Shown: positions 6,387 through 16,555 of the stretch, in pieces
Position numbering within the stretch: the stretch's first letter is position 1
How the letters are laid out: each line of letters opens with the position of its first letter
From: Methanotrichaceae archaeon
Lineage (GTDB): Archaea > Halobacteriota > Methanosarcinia > Methanotrichales > Methanotrichaceae
Direction of reading: 5' to 3'
Length of the DNA stretch: 47,747 nt
Assembly: GCA_963803145.1 (NCBI GenBank)
Contig: CAWDLW010000049.1
Coordinates: 1-47,747 of the forward strand
Made by a program: the position numbers and the translations under genes
The notes under the pieces: generated by a model
What the model was told of the DNA's origin: nothing
What the model saw: the letters and a program-made list of their open reading frames with translations, nothing else
The model's database searches: none

Positions 6387-9305
6387 CTAATACGGCATTA
6401 CTGCAAGGCCTGGGGCATCGAAGTCGCTTAGTACCAATGTATCTTTAACTGTAACTTCAACTCTAGAATTGGACACGCTCTCTAGTCCAACATCCATTGA
6501 GGCAGGTGCTAGTGTGAAAGCTATCTCTGCATCCATCTTCTTCGGGATACACTTATCTACTGTTAGCCAGACAGTATAGGAAACATTGCTGTCTTGCAAT
6601 AGATTATCGCCTTCCAATAGGTCATTAGAGCTTGCATCTTGCAGCTGGATTGGTGCAGAGGATTGAATTGACGATGCCTGTGCTGCCAGTATATTGCGTA
6701 ATGTACTTAGTTCAGGCTTAACCTTAACCTCGTAGCATTTCTGGCCGTCGATAGTCTCTGTGCCAATCATCTCGATATTTGAGCCGCTGATGAGATCTGC
6801 GATGCCCTTGAGCTTATTTCGCTCGTCAAATGATTTTGTTGGGTCGGATACCACAGACATGGTCCATTGGCCATCAAGTTTATTATACAATTTGTCATCG
6901 ATAAGAGTAGTCTCTATATCTTGTTCATCGATGATGTTGCCATAGCTATCCAGTTTCATCGAGCTGGTAGATTGTTTCGCACTTCTCTCTCTTAGATCGA
7001 TCAGACCTGTTTCATCTTTGGTGGTTATTTGTTCGTTTTCAGGGCATGGACCTACGAGTACAATGTTCATCTGAGCTTTTTCAGAATATCTATAGCAGCC
7101 TACGCTCTGAACAGAGGATAGCATCAATCTCTTGGTATTCTCTGCACAGTTGCTCTGTGGAGCAACACTGCACGGTGGACATACTTTGCTTTTGCTGCTC
7201 GGGCAGATAGCTCCGCAATTGCAGCTTGTGCCTGTTACACAACCGCTTCCTGTAGGACAAGCTGATTTTGTTATACAGACGCTACATGAAGGATACCGGG
7301 AATTTGTTATGCAATTGCCAAAAGTCGGGCAGGTTGAGCCTGTCGGACAATTGGAAGCTGACGGGCATGATGTGCCCGACATACAGCTTGTGCCAGTTGG
7401 GCAGGCTGTGCTGGTTATGCAGCCATTTTCAGTTGGAATGCTGGAGCCGGTTATTACTTGACAGCAGCCTGACGCTGTCGGACAGGAGGGACCGCTCGGG
7501 CAGATGCTGCTGGTTGTACAACCTGCGTCAGTCGGACAGGATGCGCCGGTTGTGCAGCTAGCTCCTGTCAGACATCCAGCTCCCGTAACACAGCCGGACC
7601 CTGTTGGGCAATCAGTGCTCGTCGGTGCTCCCGAACTAGTTATTACTTGACAGCAGCCTGATGCTGTCGGGCAGGAGGGGCCACTTGGGCAATCGCCGCT
7701 GGTTACGCAGTCCGCACTAGTCGGACAAGCCGAGTTCGTTACACAGCCACTACTTGAAGGGCAGACAGAATTAGTTGTGCAGCCTGCACTTGTCGGACAA
7801 TTTGCGCCGGAAGTGCAGTCAGCTCCTGTTAGACAGCCTGTGCCTGTCGGCGCTTCTGAACTAGTTATTACTTGACAGCAGCCTGATGCTGTCGGGCAGG
7901 AGGGGCCACTCGGACAGCTGCCGCCTGTTGCACAACTTGCTGCAGTCGGACATGCCGAATCGGTTGTACAGCCATTGCCAGTTGGGCAGCTCGAGCCAGT
8001 TGTACAGGTTGTTCCTGTTGGGCAGCTTACACCTGTTGCACAGCTACTCCCTGTGGTACAGCCAGAGCCTGTTGTGCAATCAGGGCCAGTTGGCGCATCC
8101 GAACTAGTTATTATTTGGCAGCAGCCTGATGCTGTCGGACATGTCGGGCCGCTTGGACAATCGCCGCTCGTTACGCAATCCGCACTAGTCGGACAAGCTG
8201 AATTTGTTATGCAGCCGTTACTTGAAGGGCAGACAGAATTAGTTGTGCAGCCTGCACTTGTCGGACAATTTGCGCCGGAAGTGCAGTCAGCTCCTGTTAG
8301 ACAGCCTGTGCCTGTCGGCGCTTCTGAACTAGTTATTACTTGACAACAACCTGACGCTGTCGGGCAGGAGGGGCCACTCGGACAGCTGCCGCCTGTTGCA
8401 CAACTTGCTGCGGTCGGGCATGCCGAATCGGTTGTACAGCCATTGCCAGTTGGGCAGCTCGAGCCGGTTGTACAGGTTGCTCCTGTTGGGCAGCTTGAAC
8501 CTGTCGGACAATCGGCTCCGCTTGGGCAACCGCTAGTCGTAGTGCATCCCGAACTGGTAGCACATTTGGAGCCGGTTGGGCAAAATGCAGCAGATACACA
8601 CTCAGTACAGCTTGGGCAAGAATTTCCCTGGCAGCTTCCTCCAGTGGGGCAACTACCACTGCTAGTTAGGCAGGTGCTTCCTGATGGACAAGTTGAGCTG
8701 GATGGACAATCTGATCCTGTAGGGCAGACGGACCCCGATGGACAGCCGATTCCTGTGGCACAGCCAGATCCTGTTGCACAAAGTGAACCTGTCGCGCATG
8801 CGATTCCTGTTGGAGAACCTGAACCAGTCACACAGCTGGATCCTGTTGGACAGTTTGTATTGGTTGGGCAGCTTGACTGAGTGGGAGATGTACAGCTAGT
8901 TGGGCATATGGCATTGTTGTTATATCCTTCGGCAGAGCTTGCCTCTTTGATAGTGCCCGCTTCTTTGACAGTGCTGCTTTCTTCCTGGATAGCATTTGGT
9001 TTTTCGATAGTGCTTGCTTCTTTAGGATTGCTTGCATCATTAATAGCGTTCGGTTCTTTGATGACATCCTGTTCTTTAATAGCACTCATTTCTTTAATAG
9101 AGCTCATTTCTTTTTCAGCGTTTGCATCGTTAAGTGCCATCGATTCTTTGATAGCTGCCGATTCTTCCTTAAAGCTAGAATCTTTGATAACGCCTGAATC
9201 CTTGGTGATGCCTGATCCATCGGTAACGTTCATTCCTTTGGCACTAGTAAAATTTAATGTAGTAATTATGATAACTAGTAGTAATAATATAGGCCATATC
9301 TTCAT
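6387..9305 (-). CDS. Secreted Cys-rich hexad-repeat protein with C-terminal LolA/LppX-like domain
   Basis: Signal peptide from ATG 9305; IKExxA hexads; ~590 aa of CxTxxx hexads; C-terminal LYNKLDGQW and GTETIDGQKCYEV motifs. Confidence 0.88.
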   Translation of the reverse strand: MKIWPILLLLVIIITTLNFTSAKGMNVTDGSGITKDSGVIKDSSFKEESAAIKESMALNDANAEKEMSSIKEMSAIKEQDVIKEPNAINDASNPKEASTIEKPNAIQEESSTVKEAGTIKEASSAEGYNNNAICPTSCTSPTQSSCPTNTNCPTGSSCVTGSGSPTGIACATGSLCATGSGCATGIGCPSGSVCPTGSDCPSSSTCPSGSTCLTSSGSCPTGGSCQGNSCPSCTECVSAAFCPTGSKCATSSGCTTTSGCPSGADCPTGSSCPTGATCTTGSSCPTGNGCTTDSACPTAASCATGGSCPSGPSCPTASGCCQVITSSEAPTGTGCLTGADCTSGANCPTSAGCTTNSVCPSSNGCITNSACPTSADCVTSGDCPSGPTCPTASGCCQIITSSDAPTGPDCTTGSGCTTGSSCATGVSCPTGTTCTTGSSCPTGNGCTTDSACPTAASCATGGSCPSGPSCPTASGCCQVITSSEAPTGTGCLTGADCTSGANCPTSAGCTTNSVCPSSSGCVTNSACPTSADCVTSGDCPSGPSCPTASGCCQVITSSGAPTSTDCPTGSGCVTGAGCLTGASCTTGASCPTDAGCTTSSICPSGPSCPTASGCCQVITGSSIPTENGCITSTACPTGTSCMSGTSCPSASNCPTGSTCPTFGNCITNSRYPSCSVCITKSACPTGSGCVTGTSCNCGAICPSSKSKVCPPCSVAPQSNCAENTKRLMLSSVQSVGCYRYSEKAQMNIVLVGPCPENEQITTKDETGLIDLRERSAKQSTSSMKLDSYGNIIDEQDIETTLIDDKLYNKLDGQWTMSVVSDPTKSFDERNKLKGIADLISGSNIEMIGTETIDGQKCYEVKVKPELSTLRNILAAQASSIQSSAPIQLQDASSNDLLEGDNLLQDSNVSYTVWLTVDKCIPKKMDAEIAFTLAPASMDVGLESVSNSRVEVTVKDTLVLSDFDAPGLAVMPY
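7633..8490 (-). repeat. 468-bp near-identical internal duplication within the Cys-rich gene (boundaries approximate)
   Basis: GAACTAGTTATTA at 7633, 7858, 8101 and 8326 (7633 to 8101 and 7858 to 8326 are both 468 bp). Confidence 0.9.
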
Positions 9306-9628
9306 AACCGCCCACCCTGGCAACTGCTCAATTTTATATAAACTACATATCCCTATTTTTTAATTAAGTTGCAGGAATTTTAAGTGCTTACGTTATGTCA
9401 TTAGAAGATATCCATATGGCGGATTCTTAGCTTTTAACGAAATAAATGATGGGGCGCTCTAAGTATTCTGTTGCACTATTATAGCCGATGATATTAGATA
9501 ATCATACTTCTCTTCGTAAACTAACTTTTAGAAATATAGGAATAATAACTATTTCTGGTTTTATTCAACGATTGCTGGTTTGATAAGATCATACCTTTTT
9601 GCCAAAATCGGAAGAAGGGGAAACGGTA

Positions 9629-10171
9629 TTATCTACGATATCCTTGCCCGTCATTTTCATGAATGCCTGGACTATGTGATTTCGCATCTCCAAAGACGTA
9701 CTGCCTAACGGCGTCGAACCCTTTAATGTTCAATGCTTTGCTCATGATCGCCTTGATTCGCGACATACCCTCCATGTTGAAATCGGCTACCCAGGGGCCA
9801 ACACAATTTTCGCCATAGAGTGCCGTAGCAAAGGACTCCGCCAAGCCCTCAATGATGATATATCGACCCACTGTGATGTTGACCGGATCCCAGTTCATGC
9901 CGGAGATATTATGATGTGCCTCATGAGCGAGAGCTGCCTGGAGCCGTGAGAGGTTATAATCAGTGACCTCGATGGTTTGTTCACAAAGACCGAGAGCATT
10001 TACTCGTTCAAACTTTCGTATTGACTCAATCGCCCTATCATCCAGCATCTCTGGCATTAGGAACGCCCAGCCCTTGAGCACGGCTAGCGCATCATAGCCT
10101 CCCGGCTGAGCCTTCATGGGGACACCGAAGACCTTGAACATGCCATCATATGGCCCCATTAGTTCCCCCAT
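9629..10171 (-). CDS. DUF2268-like putative Zn-dependent protease, probably truncated
   Basis: AHEAHH (HExxH) followed by EGLAE and GPW; the C-terminus drifts after YVFGD. Confidence 0.7.
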   Translation of the reverse strand: MGELMGPYDGMFKVFGVPMKAQPGGYDALAVLKGWAFLMPEMLDDRAIESIRKFERVNALGLCEQTIEVTDYNLSRLQAALAHEAHHNISGMNWDPVNITVGRYIIIEGLAESFATALYGENCVGPWVADFNMEGMSRIKAIMSKALNIKGFDAVRQYVFGDAKSHSPGIHENDGQGYRR

Positions 10172-10296
10172 AAATATCTCATACTTCTTTTGAATATCTT
10201 GCTCTTCATCCGCCGAAAAGTAGCTGTGTACACAGGCTCAAGAGCATCGGCCAGAGGTAGACATCATAGGCATTTTTTGTGTATTTTACTCAAGTT

Positions 10297-10839
10297 TTAC
10301 AGAGTCCCATTCGCAATCGGCTTTGATTTTTTTTCGATGTGAATTGTATTCAATATGTCCATAATCTCAGGCAAAGCACCAATGATTGTAATCTCTATCT
10401 CCATGCCAATTCTATAACCTGAAGAATATTCGATACGACCAGCGCTATTTACGCCCATTACGACATATCCAGGATTATTATCGATCGTCCGATATTCTAT
10501 GGACGCAGTGCCATCTATAATATGGAACAATTTTGCCGCCTGTTCGGCTTTATACTCCAAGCTATCCGATATTGGATTACCGTATTCATTTATGCTAATT
10601 TGAGCCTTGGCGGCATCATCAGGAGTATTTCTATCTCTTATTTCCAGGCCATAGAAGACGATTGCTTCACCTCCAGGACCCTTCCTTGTATCTGAGTACT
10701 GAGGCTGATAGATCAACGTCTTTGTCGTGTTAATATCAAACGAAACATTGTATGGGCCTGTTGCAACGGTCACGGGTAAGGATGAAGCTACCTGAGGCAA
10801 ACATATCGCCAAAAAGAGGAACGTGACCATTAACTTCAT
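10297..10839 (-). CDS. Secreted hypothetical protein (TGPYNVSFD family)
   Basis: Signal peptide from ATG 10839; N-terminus similar to 2654..3160. Confidence 0.8.
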   Translation of the reverse strand: MKLMVTFLFLAICLPQVASSLPVTVATGPYNVSFDINTTKTLIYQPQYSDTRKGPGGEAIVFYGLEIRDRNTPDDAAKAQISINEYGNPISDSLEYKAEQAAKLFHIIDGTASIEYRTIDNNPGYVVMGVNSAGRIEYSSGYRIGMEIEITIIGALPEIMDILNTIHIEKKSKPIANGTL

Positions 10840-11217
10840 CTGCCGATTGTATGGATGCCAGATAAAAATAGTTTGTGTTCTAAGCCAAACCATCGATCCA
10901 AGAGCCCAGAGAATTCCAGATCTCCTTTGGACCTATTCTCAAGAGGAAGACTTCGGACCATAACGATTTACAATCAAAGGTAGCAGGCCACAGCCGGTCT
11001 TAAGTCAGATGAGTTCGCTCCGTATCCCAGCTTCTCTCCTTCCTCCTCAGATTCATCACCTCTACTTCGCCATTTTGAATGTATAAAATAGAAGAGGGTC
11101 ATGCCCTATTACCACAATCGTATGGTGATTCCGTTCAAGGACCGTCTTGAGTTGGAAGCCATGCGGACAAAAATTCGATTATACTTACTGGTAAGCGATT
11201 TAGGAAATTCTTTTACG

Positions 11218-14004
11218 TCAGGTCCTTTTACTATTCGTTCCCCATTTCATGAGCTTACTTTGCAACTCGTCTATCTGTATAGGCTTACTTATGTAATCAT
11301 CCATACCCTCTTTGAGACATCTATCGCTATCGCCTTCAAGAGCGAAGGCCGTGACGGCAATGATCTTTGGCCCATCATGCCACCGCTCGCGTATTCTTTT
11401 GGTGGCCTCTATGCCATCCATCTCAGGCATTTGGATATCCATCAGAATGACATCATAGGCATGACGTTCTAATGCTTGTAGCACCTCAAACCCATTGGCA
11501 GCTACGTCCGCATCGTATCCAATCTTATGAAGCATTTGCAGGCCGACCTTCTGATTCACTGGATTGTCCTCTGCCAATAAAATATGCAAGGGATATGGTT
11601 GGCTTGACTTCAGATCAATCTCCGGCTGTTGGATGATCTTTTTAGAACTGACCGGCACTATAGCTGTGGCTGTTGCATGGATTGTAAAGTGAAATGTAGA
11701 ACCCTTGCCCGTTTCAGACTCAGCCCAAATCATTCCGCCCATCATTTCAACTAGACGTTTGCTTATAGCCAGTCCTAGACCCGTTCCGCCATACATACGT
11801 GTAGTTGAGGCATCAACCTGGCTGAATGGTTGGAATAATCGGCTAATCTTATCCTCAGGTATCCCAATTCCAGTATCTTTGATTGTAAAGTGGATCTCGT
11901 GGTTATTGCCTTTGAACTTTCTGCTAGATACCGCTACCGATACTTCGCCTTTATTCGTGAACTTAACGGCATTGCTGAGCAAATTGATTAAGATTTGGCG
12001 TAGCCTGGCATGATCGCCCATAATTGTTCTAGGGGCACTAGAATCGATGACATAGTCCAGGTTCAGGCCTTTCTTAGACGCCTCTATAGCCAGCAAATCC
12101 AAGGAATCATCAACGCAATCTTCAAGATTGAAGGGCTGTGTCTCTAACTCTATTTTGCCACTATCGATCTTCGAAAAGTCGAGGATATTGTTGATGACCG
12201 ATAGCAAAGCCTCGCCGCTAATTCTGATGGTATTCACATAATCTCGCTGTTCTTCGCTCAGATTAGTTCTCTGCAGAAGCCCAGTCAAACCTATGACTGC
12301 GTTCATAGGAGTTCTTATCTCATGGCTCATGTTTGCAAGGAACTCAGATTTGGCTTCAGTCGCTGCCTCTGCCTCTTCCTTAGCCTCTTGCAAAGCCATC
12401 TCAGCAAGCTTTCGTTCAGTAATATCACGCGCAAACCCAAGCATGGCTGGGTTGCCGTTTAAAGTAATCTTCCGTGTATTCAATTCCACAGGCAACTGAG
12501 TGCCATCTGATCGCACGTGACAGCTCTCATAAAAATTTTCTGCGTCTTCTAGAGTCTTCAAACGCCATGATGCCTTAGAGGCAATTGATGCGGGAATAAT
12601 ATCAAACACGCGACGAGTAAGTAGTTGCTCGCGGGTATACTTAAGCTGTTTGCAAGCAGCTTCATTAACTTCGATGAAGCACCCGGTTTGGTCTGCAATG
12701 AAGATCGCATCTGGGGCCATTTCGACAATGGTGCGAAACCTGAGTTCACTCTCTTTTAATGCCACTTCGACCTTTTTTCGCTCAGTGATATCAGTCAGGA
12801 AATTCAAAGTAGCCGGTCTTCCGTCCCAGATGATCGATACTGCCGAAATCTCCATCCATATTATCTTTCCATTCCGGTCTACAATCCGAAAGGCATATAA
12901 TTGAGGTGCATCTTCACCCGCTAGCCTTTTCAGATGGTTATTTGTCACCATCTCCCCATCGTCCGGATGAATGAACTCTACGAACGGCCTAGACATCAAC
13001 TCTGGCTCTGTGTAGCCCATAACTTTTGTAAATTTGGGATTGGCAAATTTTATTCTACCATCCTGAGCAACTAAAATTGATTCATTGGCATTCTCAAACA
13101 GCAGACGATATTTCTCTTCTGAAGCTCTCAGCGCATCTTCTGCTCGTTTGCGCTTTGTAATATCTTCAACGGTTCCATCAAAATGCAGGCCATCCTCATC
13201 TTGCACTATTTTGGTATTCATCGAGGTCCAAAACTTAGTGCCGTCTCTGCGCTGGACTTCAAGCTCGAATCCTTCAAGGTAGCCTTGTTCACGGATAAGC
13301 TTTATTGCCCTGTCTCGATCCTGAGAATTAACATAGAGCTGATGACCTATGTCTGTGACAGAAGCTAACATCTCTTCAGGGGATTTATAACCAAAAAGGC
13401 GTGCAAAAGCCGGGTTAACGCTGATATATCTACCAGATGGTATGCTCTGATATAAGCCCAGAATGGAATTCTCAAAGATATTCTGATACTTCTCTCTACT
13501 TCTCCCTAAATTAGCCTCGTCCTGCTTGCGCGCGGTGATATCACGTATGGATTCTATTGCTCCGATTACATGGCCCGAAGAGTCATAAAGAGGGGCAGCT
13601 TTTCCCCAAATGTAAATGCCACCGTGCCCGAAAGATGGAATACAGATTTCACCACTGATGCTAGTGCCATCACGCTGCAGATTCCCATATTCTTTTTCAA
13701 CTTCATCATTTGGTTTTAAGACCAGATCAACCAGGATAGATCGTCTGCACTGGTAGAATGGCACAGCATATTCAAAATTTCCTTTCCCCAGAATGTCTTT
13801 GGCTCTTATCCCAGTCAGATCTTCCATAGCCTTATTCCATGCGATTACAATGCCCTTCAGATCTATGGCTAAGATAGCATCAGGTATAAAGTCTAGGATT
13901 TCTGAAAGTCGGATGGCTTCCATATCGTTTGCTGAAAAATTGTGATTGAAACCATGACTATGGACTTGACTCATATCAGCTTTCTCTTCTCCGGTCATAA
14001 ACAA
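11218..14004 (-). CDS. Cytoplasmic hybrid sensor histidine kinase (4 PAS + HisKA + HATPase + receiver)
   Basis: Four PAS/PAC units ending in DIT.RK; FLANMSHEIRTPMN H-box; NAVKFT, DTGIGI, GGTGLGL; AEDN...LMDIQMP receiver. Confidence 0.96.
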   Translation of the reverse strand: MFMTGEEKADMSQVHSHGFNHNFSANDMEAIRLSEILDFIPDAILAIDLKGIVIAWNKAMEDLTGIRAKDILGKGNFEYAVPFYQCRRSILVDLVLKPNDEVEKEYGNLQRDGTSISGEICIPSFGHGGIYIWGKAAPLYDSSGHVIGAIESIRDITARKQDEANLGRSREKYQNIFENSILGLYQSIPSGRYISVNPAFARLFGYKSPEEMLASVTDIGHQLYVNSQDRDRAIKLIREQGYLEGFELEVQRRDGTKFWTSMNTKIVQDEDGLHFDGTVEDITKRKRAEDALRASEEKYRLLFENANESILVAQDGRIKFANPKFTKVMGYTEPELMSRPFVEFIHPDDGEMVTNNHLKRLAGEDAPQLYAFRIVDRNGKIIWMEISAVSIIWDGRPATLNFLTDITERKKVEVALKESELRFRTIVEMAPDAIFIADQTGCFIEVNEAACKQLKYTREQLLTRRVFDIIPASIASKASWRLKTLEDAENFYESCHVRSDGTQLPVELNTRKITLNGNPAMLGFARDITERKLAEMALQEAKEEAEAATEAKSEFLANMSHEIRTPMNAVIGLTGLLQRTNLSEEQRDYVNTIRISGEALLSVINNILDFSKIDSGKIELETQPFNLEDCVDDSLDLLAIEASKKGLNLDYVIDSSAPRTIMGDHARLRQILINLLSNAVKFTNKGEVSVAVSSRKFKGNNHEIHFTIKDTGIGIPEDKISRLFQPFSQVDASTTRMYGGTGLGLAISKRLVEMMGGMIWAESETGKGSTFHFTIHATATAIVPVSSKKIIQQPEIDLKSSQPYPLHILLAEDNPVNQKVGLQMLHKIGYDADVAANGFEVLQALERHAYDVILMDIQMPEMDGIEATKRIRERWHDGPKIIAVTAFALEGDSDRCLKEGMDDYISKPIQIDELQSKLMKWGTNSKRT

Positions 14005-14188
14005 CCTGAACTAGTAGTTGAAACCCTATATAATTTTGTTTATACTATTTTATAATTTGGGCTCTCACCACGATCGATGGATGCAGGGATGTGAAATCAA
14101 TCTGATGTACCAAGGAGCTTATCTTGCTATGACAACGTATAAATATAATAAAACTAATAGACATTTCGCTATGGAAGGTGATGCTTGT

Positions 14189-15364
14189 ATGAATATCAGC
14201 GGGAGCCTAAGCAAGGTTTTGCTTATAATGATTATTATTCAAACATCCAGCATTTGTATGGCCCTCAGTGATTGTCCATGTAACGCAGGTAATCATAACG
14301 TACCAAATACTAGCCCAACTACAAACGATCCGGCTATTAGTATTCAAAATATTTCCGGCATAGCTAAATTGGTAACCGAGAGCAACCATGAACTGCCCCC
14401 AGCCCACATGATAGCCAATGTTCCCTGGCATCAGCAGCTGAATGCATTGGAATGCGGTGAGGGTGCCCTTGAAACTGTATATGATTACTGGGGTACTGAT
14501 ATCGATCAAAAGCAAATTGCTGATGTGGCCAGGACTTCTTCAGCAGGAACCTGGACATATGATATGGTCAGAGCAGGCCAGTTTAGCTATATGAGTGCAG
14601 CTCAAGGGCGTTTTTATCCAGGCAATGTACCAATTGCCGGTTATCCTGCCCGGCCTCTAGGATATGCTGCCTTCTCGTATTCTGGGAATAATTTCTGGAT
14701 GAATGATCTTAAAGCGCTCATTGCCGCAGATATACCTGTTATAGTTCTGACAACATACAATCCAGATGGCACAGGCGGGGGCCACTATAAGACTATCATA
14801 GGCTATAACGATACTGAGAAGGCCATCTACTTCAGTGATCCCTGGGGGCGAGATCTGTTGCATAAAACGAATTTTACAGGCATCACACGCTGGACCTATA
14901 ATGAGTTTCAGAGCGGCTGGAATTACTCTGCAACAGGGGAGGGCCACCCTTACTTCGGTATGATATCCCTTCCATGGAGTGTTGGTGTAGGAACTCACGG
15001 CAGCCTCAATACAGGCAGCACAGCAATTATCACCGCAAATATAACCTATCCTTGTCCGTCACCCTTTAACCAATCTCAATTCCTAGCTAAGAGTTGTACA
15101 GCCGATATTACCTTACCTGAAGGCATGAGCCTTGCTTCCGGATCGACTAGTATTCCGCTGGGAAATATCAAGGCTGGATCAACCATCAAGACTAGCTGGA
15201 AGGTGAATATTGATAAGCCTGTGAGCGGAAAATCAGTCGCAGTAAAAGCCCAAGGCATAATATCTGGCCACGTGCCCGAAGCATATTGGACCGGAATGGG
15301 CATCGTCTATCCGCCCTACAATTATACGGATGCCATTGGAGGATATGGATCTATAGCGCTTTGA
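14189..15364 (+). CDS. Secreted C39-like cysteine peptidase with C-terminal Ig-like domain
   Basis: VPWHQQ....CG (Cys), GGHY (His), SDPWG (Asp); GGAAGGTGAT SD and signal peptide at ATG 14189. Confidence 0.85.
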   Translation: MNISGSLSKVLLIMIIIQTSSICMALSDCPCNAGNHNVPNTSPTTNDPAISIQNISGIAKLVTESNHELPPAHMIANVPWHQQLNALECGEGALETVYDYWGTDIDQKQIADVARTSSAGTWTYDMVRAGQFSYMSAAQGRFYPGNVPIAGYPARPLGYAAFSYSGNNFWMNDLKALIAADIPVIVLTTYNPDGTGGGHYKTIIGYNDTEKAIYFSDPWGRDLLHKTNFTGITRWTYNEFQSGWNYSATGEGHPYFGMISLPWSVGVGTHGSLNTGSTAIITANITYPCPSPFNQSQFLAKSCTADITLPEGMSLASGSTSIPLGNIKAGSTIKTSWKVNIDKPVSGKSVAVKAQGIISGHVPEAYWTGMGIVYPPYNYTDAIGGYGSIAL

Positions 15365-15546
15365 TGTAGCAATTTCCGGACCTTCAATAACGAAACGAAC
15401 ATATTTTTATTTCTTTTCTATTTGCGTATATGCCGTTGCCGCAAACACGATGGTTAATAGATAGTTTTTTCCATTGTTATCAACCCATAAAGCAACAATG
15501 CCATTATTCAAAAGCATTATATTCACCAAAACCTTTGACAATACCC

Positions 15547-16095
15547 ATGAAGCTCATAACGCTTATACTGTCATTGATATTGTTATTAGGAGTTGTATCA
15601 GCCGAGGTTCCCCAATGGGTTCAGCCTGGAATCTATGCAACATATAGGACGATCTCGGGAGGCTGGGCTAATGGTGCGCCGACGGAAAACAATGCAGCTG
15701 AATTCTACATAACTAATAAGGTGGACGAGGTCACAGATGAAGGCATCACGGGAACTAGCTCAGTATACAATCCATATACAGGTCTGACCCAGAACCAGGA
15801 TTTTTCTTGTATGGAAGGCACTGCCTGCTCAGGAAGATTCTGGCTTGATCCAAATAATCCCTCAGGGTCGTACAAAGACGAAACCGGCGTAACCTATACC
15901 TTTGCTGGCAAGACGGCTTACTCAGCGGCAGGCAGAAGCTGGGATGCTGCCACAATGGTTTATCAAAACCCTGGGAGCGGTGTGACATATACAATTATCT
16001 ATGATACTAAATCAGGATTGATTCTATCTGGTTCTCATGAATATCCCACTGAGAAGATCTATATGACACTTCAATCAACGAATGCCAATGTATGA
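15547..16095 (+). CDS. Secreted hypothetical protein
   Basis: Signal peptide MKLITLILSLILLLGVVSA from ATG 15547. Confidence 0.8.
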   Translation: MKLITLILSLILLLGVVSAEVPQWVQPGIYATYRTISGGWANGAPTENNAAEFYITNKVDEVTDEGITGTSSVYNPYTGLTQNQDFSCMEGTACSGRFWLDPNNPSGSYKDETGVTYTFAGKTAYSAAGRSWDAATMVYQNPGSGVTYTIIYDTKSGLILSGSHEYPTEKIYMTLQSTNANV

Positions 16096-16301
16096 ATCTC
16101 TCGATAGTTGAGGTTCTTACCCTAGGCCAAGATTCTCGCTTGGAGGATTAGGCTTCCAGGATCGCTAAAGTACCTTGGAATTCATATGCAATTGTAAGAG
16201 AGCATGGTTTACTGGGTGAAGGTATGGAGAAGGTGGCATTTGCCATGCCGCAGTTAGGATGAATTAATTGAAAATAGTTATCTAAAGTCAAGAGCTATAA
16301 G

Positions 16302-16353
16302 TGCGGGAGACTATATTCAAACCCCGAACACCTACGCGACTAGCGCCATCAAT
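16302..16353 (-). repeat. Degenerate tRNA-Leu 3'-half copy (old att site candidate)
   Basis: TGCGGGAGACTATATTCAAACCCCGAACACCTACGCGAC aligns to TGCGGGGGACGGGATTCGAACCCGCGAACCTCTACAGGAC at 36141, about three quarters identical by hand. Confidence 0.55.
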
Positions 16354-16555
16354 CACAACCTTAACCGTAGGTGTCAGAGTAATTTATTCTTTCCGAACTA
16401 GACGAACTGCCTTGATAGCCTTAGTAGCTTTAGAAGTTTTAGTAGCATGCTCAGGCTTTAGTGAATGTACATAAGCTGTTCTGGATATCATAGCAGCAAG
16501 TGTATTGTGATGAGATATAGGATTCGGTTGTGGTCGCCATCACAGCACATTCGCC

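Noticed and set aside
7146-8906. Cys-rich region as a multiheme cytochrome or polyferredoxin
   Set aside because: No CxxCH motifs (no His) and no repeated CxxCxxCxxxC; spacing is Cx5C
7132-9363. Plus-strand ORFs with PVGQ/PVVQ repeats
   Set aside because: Antisense shadows of the Cys-rich gene
10900-11210. Possible gene or IS remnant between the secreted protein and the kinase
   Set aside because: Manual translations gave no recognisable motif
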